64,000 bases of DNA, from assembly GCA_002633005.1 (NCBI GenBank), contig NMRA01000001.1, positions 2,525,695 to 2,589,694 of the forward strand, in the 5' to 3' direction. The notes under the pieces are model-generated. The model ran no database searches. It worked only from the letters and a program-made list of their open reading frames with translations, and was not told the origin of the DNA. Each line of letters starts with the position of its first letter. Position 1 is the first letter of the stretch. The position numbers and the translations under genes are program-made. The stretch is from Phoronis australis. Its lineage: Eukaryota; Animalia; Phoronida. Shown here one piece after another: positions 12,601-26,023 of this stretch.

Positions 12601-15600
12601 CGCATTTTGTTAAATTCACAAACGACAAACGGGCAGTTGGCGATGCTTGGTTACGCAGTAAATTTCGCATACCCATCTACTACAAAGTCTGTACGTGGCA
12701 CACTGTGGCTATGTTAATTTATTTTGTGCAAGATAAGTGGAGAATTACACTGTTAATATTAAAAACAGCAATAAAACGTGTTGTCAATGTCGTGTTCGTT
12801 ATTAACGCTTTTTGTCCATGCTAGAATGCAAACTACCCGAATATCTGTCAGTGGATATTGACCTTATATTAGAATATGAGGACTTTCTCAAATGTAAGAC
12901 CAAGCCCTTGTATATCAGGCTTTATGGTATTGAATGAAATTACATGCTTGCATGCCTGAATCTCCACTTAGAGTATATGTTTGTATCAGGGAGGGAATGC
13001 CACCTGACAATTTCCGGATGCTTTGTCATGCTGTGTGTCCCCTAGTGGCAATTTGAGTGTTGTGGTTCTGTTTTTGGCGTACATCTCTCTGCCAAATGGT
13101 TTGAAATGTCGTCACGAAATTTTGTGGATATATTCCTTATAACATGAGCATTACTGACATTCATTTTTGGATGTATCCATGCACCACTGTGCCCCCTAGT
13201 GGCAGTTTTAGTTTTTTTTATGCCTGCCTCGATAGCCATCAGGCTCTGTAAAGTGCTTCCATGGTATTTGGTAGGTGCATTCAATGAGAGTACAGGTTAG
13301 GTTGACTTTTGCACAGAGGCGNNNNNNNNNNNNNNNNNNNNNNNNNNNNNNNNNNNNNNNNNNNNNNNNNNNNNNNNNNNNNNNNNNNNNNNNNNNNNNN
13401 NNNNNNNNNNNNNNNNNNNNNNNNNNNNNNNNNNNNNNNNNNNNNNNNNNNNNNNNNNNNNNNNNNNNNNNNNNNNNNNNNNNNNNNNNNNNNNNNNNNN
13501 NNNNNNNNNNNNNNNNNNNNNNNNNNNNNNNNNNNNNNNNNNNNNNNNNNNNNNNNNNNNNNNNNNNNNNNNNNNNNNNNNNNNNNNNNNNNNNNNNNNN
13601 NNNNNNNNNNNNNNNNNNNNNNNNNNNNNNNNNNNNNNNNNNNNNNNNNNNNNNNNNNNNNNNNNNNNNNNNNNNNNNNNNNNNNNNNNNNNNNNNNNNN
13701 NNNNNNNNNNNNNNNNNNNNNNNNNNNNNNNNNAATTAAAAAATGCGTTGAACAAGGCTTTTACACCTAAGTTTACAAAAACAGCTCCCTTGTATTGGGC
13801 TTTTTTAAGTACTAAAAAACTGTTGATAAAGACTTTTATGTTTAAATTTACGAAAACAGCCAAAAAGCTTACCAAACAGGTATTACAGATATTACAGATA
13901 TTGGTTGAACGATGAGTGCACTGTTTTTGGTCATCTCAAGTCAAATTCTGTTATAAAGTTTATTATATCAACTTCACTAGCTTTATATTCTGTACAATGA
14001 GTCATCAAAGCTGCAGTTACCAACAAAAGAAAAATGCACAGATGATGTGTGGTTTATATTTTGGCAACAGGTGTCACTGCTGCTCCATTTTAGACGCACA
14101 TACAAAAGCATGAAACGGGCGAAAACTCAAACATTTTAAATGGGGGTATTCTTGCGGCACATCATATTATTAAAATAATGACATTTATTTCGCTTTTGGT
14201 GTTTTCAAAAAAAGATGAAGTAGATGAAACTACAGCTCTGAAACACCAGTTTGGAGTTGAGCAAGGTCCGTGTCCCTATATAAAGTACAGAATTGCGGAG
14301 GCACATGAGTGTACTGAAAGCAGACACTCTGGCAACCAAACACTGCTAATGATTGACAGGTCTACCAAATACTTTGAAAATAGTTTGAACATTGCAACAT
14401 TTGAAATACATTGTATATTTCTTTCCGAGTTGAAAGGGCCAACTTCTCTCTTTGATTAACTGGGAGTCTTAGTAATCTTACAATGTGGGTGTCCAAACTG
14501 GAGAAATTCTGATTGACAGGGCGTCCAAATGATACATTGGGCGTCCTTGCCAGAGTGTCCACATTAGTGCTAGGGCGTCCATTTGGATGCCCAGGATGTA
14601 CGCTGCATGAAGGCCTTGCGCCTATCAATACTCGGCATAGCTCTTGTTATTTTTGTTGTTGGCAAAAATTCTCCTAGTCTGTCATAAAATGAAGTGTGTT
14701 GTTTCAGAAACTTTGAGAAAGATAGGCGACAAAGCGTACACAGTTCCTGATGCCCAGCATAGTGAACCATCACAAGGGACCGACACACTGAAGCAGCAAA
14801 GCGAGGCAACAGAAACAACTCTACGACATAGGAGGGCGCCACCTGGTGGTGTGTCGTTTGTCTTCTTTCTTAAAACTGTATTCATATTAGTCTTGTCATG
14901 AGACATAGTTTCTGAAGTAATGAAGAACTCAGTTCTCAGTGACCAGAAACAGTGGAATGCTTGCATTAGGCACTTGACTTTCAGTTAGTTTCTCATTTTC
15001 TTCCGAGAGTGTATCTAAATATCAATTTATCCTTTAGATAATACGGCCTGAAACCAGTGTAATGCTTTATTAAAAATCTCATCAATTCCAGACCTAAATT
15101 CAAGTCGGAATTTCATCTTTTATAATGTTTCAAGGGTTTCCAACACTGTTCTGATACCCACAGTTTTTAAAAAGAACATATTTGTCTGATAGTTGATATG
15201 TACAGGTGAACAAAAACCTGGTATAGCTTTAATTTAGTGGTGCACATCTTTTATGAAACAATGAGGAAATAAAATTTATGTTCTCCAACATGTTATTGAG
15301 ATTTTACCATGTCTTTTGAAATATTTGAGGAAATTTGTAATTGACAGGGATTTCCCTTGGCCTGCATGTTCTGAATATTGCATATTTGCTGGCAGGCAAC
15401 GACATCAGTAATTATGGTAGTGTTGGTGAGAAAAACACCAAACTGACTGTTAACAGTTCTTGACAGCAATAAAACTTAGTCTTCTTATATTCTATCACGT
15501 GACCTAATTATACACAATTGTAATTTTTGTGTTTTAGGTGATAAAGAAGACCATACATTAGACAGTAGCAAACAAGAAGATCAAATAGCAGATGAAGAGC

Positions 15601-18600
15601 AACGGAAGCGTAATGCAGAAAGGGTCCTCAGAGGTATGGCACGAAGCTTGAATTTCAGCTAGAAAATGACTTATGCCCAAGTTAAAACATTTGAAATATT
15701 TAGAAAATACAACCAAAATAATTAAAATTTGAATGTGCATTGCTATAAAAAGAGCAGTTTCGTTTTGACCGGTGGTGACCCCTCATTATACATGCAACAA
15801 TCGAACTCACAAAATTGTTGAAGCTATCCGTTGTGGTAACCAGAAAAAAGGAGCCATAATCCCCTGCCTATTGTTAATATTGTGATGATGGCGATCACCT
15901 TATAAATCTCCCATTTTCCATATCTACGAGGATCTCGCGGTGCATACTTTGCTCAACCAAATTTGAAATCTCTCCATGCAGTGTCCTTCATTGGGATGTT
16001 TCTGTGCCATGGGATTATGGGTTATACATGTTCAGCTCCATCTATTGGTTATGTTTTCTGATTTCATTGGTTGGTTACATTCTTCTTAGCTGACCGGTGT
16101 CCCACAATCCATTGCAGATATACCACCAATCCCAAACTGCAAAAAGGTCAGTTAGGGTCGCATTGTAGTAAATGTTTGAATCATTCCTTTTTGTAATTAG
16201 TTTGACCAAAGCATATGATGAGAAGTATTTTTCATAGACAACTACATGTCTTTTATTGACAGAATCCCAGAGGTTCTCTCCCAAATAAGAGTTGAGGGCT
16301 GCTATAGCGTGTATATTAGGTGATGACAATGATTTTAAATTAGCATCTGATGTGGTGATGGCTGTGACCCCTGCAGCCATGATTGGTTTTGCTACATAGG
16401 CTTTTGTTACTGATGTCTAAAACTGCTATGAGCACGCTGTCTGCCAAATAAGGTCAATTAAGGCCAAATAAGGCTAATTTTTATTCAAATCTCTTACCGT
16501 GATAAAGCTGATGTCGACTTGTTTCCTTTCTTAGATTTAAGGGAGCCACCTTTGGTGCTTAAAATGACCCACCCTCGGTGCGTAAAATGACCCACCCTCA
16601 GTGCGTAAAAGAACCTACCCTCGGTGCGTAAAAGAACCCACCCTCGGTGCGTAAAATGACCCACCAGGTCAAACCAAATCATTCATCCCCACCTCAAAAC
16701 GGTGTTAGGAAGTAATGAGAATATATTAAGTGATCAAAGATTATACTTCACATCTCAGAAAATGAAAAAAAAATATTTGTTGCTCTCATATGGCTCTGCA
16801 TTAGAGTTCATTTTAATGAACAGGAACATCGTTTATGCAATTTTAATGCTGCAAATTCAGCTGGCGGTCCTCAACCTTATTTGGTGTCAGTTAGGAAAAA
16901 CATATATATCATGAAACTTCACCCGTTATAAGTGACCTAATGCATTTTTCATACAGTGACCTCAAATTTAAGGCCAAACCTTTCCTTGAGATATCAGACC
17001 AGTTATCAAAATTTTACATACTGTTAAAGTTAATAAAATATTAGTTTGCTAAACTCATTCCATGAAAATATTGGGAACGGTACTTTTCCACTTATTTAGC
17101 ACACTCATCTTAGTTTGCACATCCAAAATTATTTGCAAAAATAATATTTTGGCCTTCACTTGTTTTGCACAAAGCTACTTGGTTGGATCTTCTTGCCCCG
17201 CCTACTTCGCACAGTCTGTTTTGCATTTGGGAAAGTATCAACGCAAAGCCCTGTCATTGATTCTATAATACACACTTCTTTAACTGTGTTAATAAGGTTT
17301 AAACATTGTATGCTCAGCTCTCAATTGGTTCATTTGAATTCGGATATCTCATGTCGTTGTAAATATGAGATGAAAGAGATGACCTGTATGAGTGGGGTGT
17401 CACTCAGAGTCATACACTCATGAGAGTGTTTCACCAATGATGGGTAAAGTACTCTTATAATGGAGCACGATCAACAAGGAAATTTAATTACCTGTTGGTT
17501 CTTGTTGGCAACCCATAGGTTGCATTTCGTTAAATTCACAAACGACAAACGGGCAGTTGGCGATGCTTGGTTACGCAGTAAATTTCGCATACCCATCTAC
17601 TACAAAGTCTGAACGTGGCACACTGTGGCTATGAAAATATATTAATTTATTTTTTGCAAGATAAGTGGAGAATTACACTCGTCTGTTAATATTAAAAACA
17701 GCAATGAAACATGTGTTGTCAATGCTTTTTGTCCATGTTAGAATGCAAACTAATATCTGTCAGTGGATATTGACCTTACATTAGAATATAAGAACATTCT
17801 CAAATGTAAGACCAAGGCCTTGTACATCAGGCTTTATGGTATTGTATGAAATTAAGTTTAGTTTTACATGCCAGCATGCATGAATCTCCACTTAGAATAT
17901 ATGTTTGTATCAGGGAGGGAATGCCACCTGACAATTTCTGGATGCTTTGTCATGCTGTGTGTCCCCTAGTGGCAATTTGAGTGTTGTGGTTCTGTTTTTG
18001 GCGTACATCTCTCTGTCTGCCAAATGGTTTGAAATGTCGTCACGAAATTTTGTGGATATATTCCTTTTAACATGAGCATTACTGACATTCATTCTTGGAT
18101 GTATCCATGTACCACTATGCCCCCTAGTGGCAGTTTTAGTTTTTTTATGCCTGCCTCGATAGCCATCAGGCTCTGTAAAGTGCTGCCATGGTATTTGGTA
18201 GGTGCATTCGATGGGAGCACAGGTTAGGTTGACTTTTGCACAGATGCGACCACTGCTGTACTCTCCTGTGGGAATTTTTTACTTTTTTGTGTCTTTTATT
18301 ACTAAGTCCCGTGGTAGACATTCATGAAATTTGACAAAATCTGAAAGTGTTTCTGTAAACAGCGCCTGCCCATGTTCACATGGCTTCGTTAGGTTATGCA
18401 CTCTTTAGTTACAGTATTGTGGTTCCATTGTTTGTCCATTGTTTGGTGTCTGCTTTTTAATCTGTTAAAACAGTTTGATGAAATTTGACACATATGTTTC
18501 TACTGGTGAAATCCTGGCTGATGTTGAGCTAGGAGAATTTGGCTACTGCTTAGTTTGCTGGTAACAGTTTTTTGTGTTTGATGAAAGATCTTCATGAAAT

Positions 18601-21600
18601 TTGGAAGTTAAGATTTTATTTAATACAAAATGTACTTAATATCCATTCATTTTTAGATTTATCTGAACTGTGATGTTCCCCCTTAGTGGCAAATTAATTA
18701 GTTTAATTTTCAATTTTGCCATCTGCACACCAACCCCTTTAAGAATTGTCGTGGCAAACGAGTTTGTATTAAAGTGAGCATGGTTGGTGTCTATTATTGG
18801 CTGAATCTGACCCTGCAGCTTTGTAATTTTTGTTTTCATTGCATCAATTGCATTATCTACAAGAATTGCATTTGACAATTTTCGGGTGACTAGTGCTGCA
18901 CCCTGTGGACTCAATTTTAAATTCACTGGTGTTGCTCATTCTTATTGTGTGGAAATGTTTGAAAAAATGAGCACCCTTATATGAGTTGCTTAGATGTGTT
19001 TAATTTACTGAATATGTAATATATTTTGAGTGCACAGTTGTCACTACAGCTTGCTTTGTGCACGTGCAGCTATATCTCTTGTAAAGTGTTGTAAGGTTAT
19101 GAAGGACTTTATCCCCAAATCTGCATTCAGCCAAGTTATTTACAACCCTATGAAGTTAAACGCATTAAAAGCTTTACAAGTAAAAGTATATACTTGCTGA
19201 TTTTTGACTTTGTGTCATTCTACTATTGGTTAGGTCTTGTTATCATGTCTTTTTAGTAATAAAAGTAAAAGATACATTCATGCCAAAAAAATAAACGGCA
19301 TCAAAGATATTGACCAAATTTTGTTTGATTTAATTTCGAGATGAAATCTCAATAACGCTGCTATATTTTTCTGAGTCATCATTTCATTTTATGCATCTTA
19401 AGATTTTTTCATGAAAATTGTGGAAGTCCTATTTTTGATATTCCGTTCGTGCAAAGCTGGATCATTTTAAAAACAATAAGAGAAGTTTTAGAGAAAAACA
19501 CATATCGGAACGTTTCGCCCGAGTCCAATCAGGCATTTCTGACGTATGATGTTTCAAAGTTAGCCTAATTCGGACATTTTGCTAGGGTCTTACATAACCT
19601 TAAGAACGCCTCCTTTATCTTTCAACACATCAAACTTGCCAATTGGTAACCTCCATACTTGTCCTGGTTACTGCCCTGGGCTCTTAAATTGGGAATCTAC
19701 AAAAACAGGGTGTGGGCAGTAAGTGGTGTATGGGCAGTTACCCGGACAAGTACGGTAACCTATTTTTTTACCATGCTTTCTACTTATTGTTTTACCTAGA
19801 TGCTGAGCCTTATCCAATGAAATTCTACTTGTGGCTGTCCCCGTTCATTGTCATCTTTGCTGTCGCCTGCGCTGTCATTTTCTACGACATTCTGCTAATT
19901 GTCAATGAAGCATGAGGCAGAAGGTTCCCATTCTTCTGTAGAATACATGTGAAGGTAATTGTAAACCTCGCTCGTTGTTTATTGTTTCAAATTTATGGAT
20001 CAAGTTGGTAGAAACTACAATGAGCGACGTACCATATTGCTCACGTTTACGATCAATCCCAACTAATCCTACATTTCTTGTCGACTAAATTTGTGATGGT
20101 CGTTATGGTAGAAAAAAGATCATTTAGGTTGATGGAACAAAAGTTTTGCACTTACCACAACCTTGAAATTAAGACAATGCTACGATATGACAATACTTTT
20201 GATGGTTAAATTCATGCTCCCTGATGATAATCTGGGTATATGTGGATTTACGTACTATTTAACGATGGTGCGTATACTGAACCGACAGGGCGTATACTGA
20301 ATCGACACCACCATTTTGTTGTGCTGGCGTCACTTTTTTATCTTTTTCATTCTTTTTTGGTTATACCACCTGACTAGGGATTCTACCTCCTAATCCCCTA
20401 TAGATCCGGCATATTGCTTAAGGACAAAGGGATATATTTTGCTGTATGATATGTATGTTAACTAAATTAAATCATCTTAAGTGTCAGTTACTTGATGTTG
20501 GTGCTATGGACAATATAACTTGAACTATCATTACTAAATGCGTTTCATGTATTTGTGAAAGTAACATTTTGAAGAGTCTCTACGTGACGCCAAACAGGTT
20601 TACAGTGGTCTTCGCTACTTTCTGTTGTTTTGCTTTTATTGATGCCATGCAGCGTTGTCACTTTTGCTTAGATTGTTGGCCAGGGTTTTCTGTCATTGTG
20701 GTTTTTTTTTTTTTTTTTTTGACTTGGAAAGTAATGTTTTTGTTGAACAGTTAAAGCAAGATTGTGTGAACATAAGGCAGGTTCACAGCTAGTCTGGGTA
20801 TTACCGTAATCGTTCGGGTTAACGCCCATGCTCAGTTAACCGCCCATCCCCGACTTTAAGTGGATTTTCGATTTAACCGCCCACTGCTCGGTTAACCGCC
20901 CTCCCCCGATTTTTTGGATTCGCCAATTTAACCGCCTAGGGCGTTNNNNNNNNNNNNNNNNNNNNNNNNNNNNNNNNNNNNNNNNNNNNNNNNNNNNNNN
21001 NNNNNNNNNNNNNNNNNNNNNNNNNNNNNNNNNNNNNNNNNNNNNNNNNNNNNNNNNNNNNNNNNNNNNNNNNNNNNNNNNNNNNNNNNNNNNNNNNNNN
21101 NNNNNNNNNNNNNNNNNNNNNNNNNNNNNNNNNNNNNNNNNNNNNNNNNNNNNNNNNNNNNNNNNNNNNNNNNNNNNNNNNNNNNNNNNNNNNNNNNNNN
21201 NNNNNNNNNNNNNNNNNNNNNNNNNNNNNNNNNNNNNNNNNNNNNNNNNNNNNNNNNNNNNNNNNNNNNNNNNNNNNNNNNNNNNNNNNNNNNNNNNNNN
21301 NNGACTCACCCAAAACAGGACCTCTGGGGATCAAATGGGACCGCCGTACCAGAATATGGGACTGATGCACCTAAAAACATGACCGCCCCACCAGAAAACA
21401 GGACTGCCGGGAACTGAACATGACCGCCGGGGATTGAAACCACAATGACAAACAAGCTAAGATTTATTAGCGGTAGGCCTACACAGATCATACAATGCTA
21501 TATATATTTATGCATAGACAGGTCTTGTGCCGATTATTCCAACGAAATCTTTTGTGCACTACAGGACACTTGGCTTTGTAACACGCGGCGCTTTTGTGTT

Positions 21601-24600
21601 TTAACCACAAACCATCCACATTGCACGCTTTTGAGCTAAATAATTATAACTTTATCCACTGCGTAAGTTTTAGAACAAAATGAAAATCATTTTCTCCAAT
21701 TTGACGTTTTAGTCAAGAAAAAAAAAAAAAAAACGGGCATTCTGGTTCTCGGGTGAAGCATCATAACTAGCCTTTGTGCGGCAAAGCAGTATACTAAATA
21801 TACAGCTTGGCGCCGATGTGGGTAAAACACCGAACATATAAAATCTTTGCCGAATTGGTGTTATTAACGACACTCTTCTTTGAGTAAACTAAATTATTTA
21901 TCGGTGCTTGCCGCAAAAATTGTCGTTATTCTGCTTCTAAAATTGAGATGCGTTCTTTTAGGTCGGCTAACATTGACCAGTTCCTTTTTTCACCAATTCT
22001 TCAGTCAGCTCTTCTTCTCTTCTACGAGGTTGCGTACATGTCACAACAAATTATCGGAACTGGTTTCATTTCGTCATAAGTTTTTAGTATTTTAATACCA
22101 GCTAACCGAATTTCAGAACAAATCGTGTTGCTGCGAAGTTGAGTCATCATCTTCCGAAAGATGTCACAAAATTTTAGGAAATGGCGCGTGCTCATGTCAC
22201 GAGCGCGACAGACTTTTTTGTTACAATAGACAAACAAATGACGTTCATTAGATTGTTTTTCACTCAAGCGGCTGCAACCTGCAAGGTGAGTGTTGATTGA
22301 CTCCTAGAATTTGCCTGCTCCGCTCGCTAGCTCTACATGTTGATATACGTTTCACGACAAGGTGACGAGCAGAACTATAGCCAAGCTGTGGGAAATTTCG
22401 GGGATGTAACGGAGCTCAATAATGCACTGCTGCCAAGCTTTATTTTGGCGAGTCTTACGTAGCTAGCTGACGGGTTACGTCATAACCCGCAGTAACATAC
22501 AAAGGCCTTGATAACTACATTTTGTCCTGCGGTCATGTTCAGTCCCCGGCAGTCCTGTTTTGTGGTGGGGCGGTCATGTTTGTAGGTGCGTCAGTCCCAT
22601 TTTCTGGTGTGGCAGTTCCCTTTGATCCCCGGAGGTCCTGTTTTGGGTGAGTCAGTCCAATTTAGAAGACCGGCGGTCATGTTGTTTCTCACCCATGAAC
22701 ATGACTGATGTAGATTTTCAGTCTGGTCCAACTACTGTGGTGACCCCTAGTGGCATTTTTTTGCATCTACGACTGTATCTAGTAAACTCCTTGCAAGTTC
22801 ACAATTTGGCCAGTGTAAATAATATTGTGTTCTGATCTTTCTTGAAATCTGTTCTCGACTGCAAAACTTTGTGTTTCTTTCTATTGACGAATTGTATTAG
22901 TCAAGATGAACTTCAAAGGTCCAATAAGACAGTGCCTTCAGTCAAACAACTTGATTGAGGTCACTCATCAATATTAAACCAGCCTTACCTTGTTCCTCAC
23001 CTAGATCAGAAATGAAGAGCTGACAGGTTGTTATTTCTTTATATCAGGGTCAATTAAGGTGCTTGATCGTGGTAGATTAGTTTTAATTATCATTATGACC
23101 GTTGGGGGAATTGAACAATTCCAGACATTTTATTGACACCAATTTCCGTTAAATCAAAGAATGGGAACATGATGACCTTTCTTTGGAAGGGCAAACACCT
23201 TTGGCAAAAATTGTTTTGATGCCAGAACGTTTTTTGCTGTCTTAACAGATTTTAAATCCTTGTCATAGAAGGAACCAAATGGTTCCACAATGTGAAAAGA
23301 CTATAGTTTCAAAGACTAGATTTATGATTTTGTAAGTGAAATGTTAGTGTGTTAAATAAATTATTTTGTTCAAGATCGAAACTTGTAACAAAGTTACACA
23401 CAGGGAGTATTGGCCATCCTAAGTTCAGGAATTACGGTGGAAAAGTTACTTCGGTCCGAAATTTTTGGAATTAACGTGGTATGATATGGCTACACATGTT
23501 TCTGTTTTGTGGTTATGGCAAAATCTCATCAATTTAGGACACAAAATGGTGGACAAAGAAATTTTTTTCCAATTTTTTCATGGCACTAAATGCTTTTTGC
23601 ACATTCAAGGTCTGTACCATAACTACTATTAGACAATATCTTTAACAATTTTGGACATTCACAAATTGGGTAAAAGAATTTTTTGAAAGTGGTGATGTTA
23701 CGTACCTTAACCCTGGACTGTTATACCAAGAAATTCCCAACATCACGATCTGATCCAGTATCACATTCGATTAAACTTGACAAATAAGCCTATTGTGTTG
23801 GTACACATTGCTGTGGTAGTAAGCGGGTCAGGGCTTACAGTCTCACAAGGGAATCAGCGGGTGTAAGTTAAGTCCAATTTCAGTGCAAGTCAACTATTTT
23901 TTTTCCGTTTGGGGTTTTTTGGTGACATGATTTCATACAAAACACGTCTTCACGCCATTTGTTGAATGTCATTTGGAAATAGTATTTTTAAGTATCGGTT
24001 AGCGTCAGGCACGCTGTTTACAATATAATTGCTGGATTACTGAGCTTATCAGATCAACGCAGACAATGAGAGAGCTGGACTATGTAAACATTGGTTTGCC
24101 AACTTTCTCCCCTTGCTATCCCTGTCAAACTGACATCGACACAGCTGTATATCCCAACTAGCGGATCAGTGAAATCGGGATACTCATCCCACAGCGCGGG
24201 TGCGTTACGAGATTTTACCGTATATCTTGTAACACGTCACCATTCAGGAGTATTTATTACTGATTTTGCGAATGAATCTTCTGATCGATTAATACTGAAA
24301 TCGCAAACTTACACATTTTTGTCAATATTTTGTACCATCTAAGGCACCATTCAAGGGACAATTTGAGTAGCTGTGTAGATCTGTTATCACTTGTTTTAAC
24401 CACTTATGGTAACCCGTAAAACCTTGTTATGAAACGGCAATGTTTTTACCCACTCTATAGGCTCTTTCCCATACAGTTGAATCTGCAAGTATCGAAGCTT
24501 CGTTGTTAACTGTGGTTAACCGTGAAGTCAAGCGCTAGTTTTCTCGTCACCTTCCGAGTTAGTCAGAGTAGTTCAGCGAAGTTATTGCAAGGCTGCGCTA

Positions 24601-26023
24601 ATATGACCTACAGTTTTTTGTCCTTGTTGTTTTTGTCCTTGTCATCAAAATGTCAAGGACCTCACCCCCTCTTCACAGGGCAACCAACGGTTGCCACAGT
24701 GCGACGATGATGACGTACTAGCTTATTAAAAAATTGACTCTTGATTAGGCTAACAGCTGATCTGAACAAAAGCACTGAGCTCATTTTGCGTATACTTTGC
24801 ATTTAGTGATTTTTTAATGTAAATAATTCTTCAAATACATGGATGAATTGAAACAGAATACTTATACTGCCAAAATAGTGAATATTAGAACAAAATATTA
24901 ACCAGTCAGTGTCCACTGTTGGCAAATGCAGTGACCTCTGTCGATAACTCCGATAGCATCGAAGTTAGCTGAACCCATTGTAACGAAGCGTTGATGCTTC
25001 GCTGTTAAAACACCTTTTTACTTCGGAGTTAACTTGTGGTGTCAACTTCAATTCAAGACCGAAGTAAAGTGTTCCCATTGACAGCTTCTGTAACACCCAA
25101 CTGGGAAAGGCCTTTATAAACATTCAGCTTACAAAACTTTGGTACTTGTCATTGAACACATTCATTATAGTATCCCCAGGCAATATTGTGCTGGTTGATA
25201 CAAAATTCGATTTCCAATATTTGAGAAATACGAACAGTGTCAAAATCTTCCACGTCCCCAATCTTTAGAACCGAGAAAATTCAATTTCATTTTAATTTTG
25301 GTTCCCGAAATGTAGCGACTCTCCAAAAGTATAATAATTATTTCACTTAGACCATGGGCTTGCATACATGTAATGTAAGTCCATGCTTAGATGAATGGTC
25401 ATGTCTCCTCCATTGGAGAATTTTTAACATACTATGTGGATTAGACTCACTTCACAACAAGTTTTTACTAAGTTTTGTTAAACCCACCACTCCAACTGCC
25501 CATGGCATTTAATGTGAAGTCAGATTGCATACCTTTCACACCTTTTACTGGCATGATTTTGTATCGTCTTGCGTGATCTTGCTTTTTGTCTGGATACTTA
25601 CATCTATGGTATCCCTGTTCTCAGTTTATTCTTAACTCTGATGAGATGTGATTATACTGGTCTAAATCAAGTTATAGTTTCCTTGGCCCAAAATAGGTTT
25701 AAAATGACCTTAACTGGATTAATGTCCTATTGAAAACTTGTTCAAAATATGAATCAAAAGGATTTGACGCTCATCTTGGCCACTAGGTGGCCTCGCATGT
25801 CAGCGGTTTCAGTTTGGATGTTGTTGTTTCAGAGGAGCGTATCTCAACTCTGTTGTTGACCCTACTGCTCGTCATCATGGTCTCGGTCTCTGTTGTCTTC
25901 ATGGCCTCCATTTACTGCTCACGTTACTCTACGCCTGCCTGTCGCCATGGTTACACGACACTACGTGAGGTGGCAACACGTATCCAATATCTGTGGCACA
26001 TGTCATTCAACAGAAATAAGTGA
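3629..26023 (+). CDS. CNST: Consortin-like protein (TPR-like consortin N-terminal region plus C-terminal TM/Cys consortin-C-like tail), ~363 aa, 10 coding exons
   Basis: Phase-consistent exons: 3629-3684, 4726-4778, 5562-5734, 6158-6188, 6859-6945, 8135-8258, 8935-9074, 9677-9817, 10556-10651, 25833-26023 (1092 nt including stop). The translation LPQCLRAIADTYYAMEDYSKAVQFIQAEKMYYE resembles the consortin N-terminal motif (LHQIAESYFQEEDYEKAMKFIQLERLYHE, from memory). The last exon gives a hydrophobic helix followed by IYCSRYSTPAC, like the consortin C-terminal domain. Confidence 0.8.
6189..6858 (+). other. U12-type (minor spliceosome) GT-AG intron
   Basis: 5' splice site is GTATCCTTT (6189-6197). 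Branch site CCTTAAC is at 6839-6845, 13 nt before the AG at 6857-6858, with no polypyrimidine tract. Splicing restores the frame (MED-Y-SKAVQF). Confidence 0.92.
11570..11751. repeat. 23-bp minisatellite (gtgcgtaaaatgacccaccctcg), 8 units
   Basis: Direct reading of the units, with a 69-bp higher-order repeat. Confidence 0.9.
13734..14618. mobile_element. Right part of an insertion present only in the second copy of the duplicated block
   Basis: The sequence is unrelated to the region upstream of copy 1. It has three gggcgtcc subterminal motifs and then ...gaaggccttg joined directly to sequence homologous to 9588 onward. Confidence 0.5.
14708..15633 (+). CDS. Second copy of consortin-like coding exons 8 and 9 (14708-14848, 15538-15633) inside a duplicated segment
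   Basis: Near-identical to 9677-9817 and 10556-10651 with intact splice sites. Probably the alternate haplotype. Confidence 0.55.
16554..16667. repeat. Same 23-bp minisatellite, 5 units
   Basis: Homologous position in the second copy of the duplication. Confidence 0.9.
19652..19757. mobile_element. Short MITE with ~25-bp TIRs (TACCGTA-type end)
   Basis: tccatacttgtcctggttactgccc pairs with gggcagttacccggacaagtacggta. Confidence 0.55.
19800..19915 (+). CDS. Probable alternative terminal exon of the consortin-like gene encoding a second transmembrane tail (DAEPYPMKFYLWLSPFIVIFAVACAVIFYDILLIVNEA*)
   Basis: Strong pyrimidine-rich acceptor (ttgttttacctag, ending 19799). It is phase 1, matching the donor at 10652/15634, and reads open to TGA with a ~23-aa hydrophobic helix. 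It would give a 338-aa isoform. Confidence 0.6.
20802..20945. mobile_element. End of a DNA transposon/MITE (TACCGTA terminus, tandem ttaaccgccc subterminal repeats) running into a gap
   Basis: Starts TACCGTA and carries five ttaa(c)cgcc(c) motifs. Confidence 0.5.
21303..22697. mobile_element. Non-autonomous DNA transposon with >=130-bp TIRs (left end lost in gap)
   Basis: 21303-21433 is the reverse complement of ~22525-22653, with repeated catgaccgc(c) subterminal motifs. The interior is CpG-rich inside a CpG-poor intron and has no long ORF. Confidence 0.75.

Larger units (their letters stand above)
9587..18248. repeat. ~3.7-kb direct duplication (9587-13321 vs 14618-18248) flanking an assembly gap
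   Basis: Colinear sequence with scattered SNPs and small indels. Copy 1 ends exactly at the N gap. Confidence 0.9.

Noticed and set aside
13275-13875. Long ORFs in the ORF track (also 20836-21370)
   Set aside because: They consist of X residues read through N gaps.
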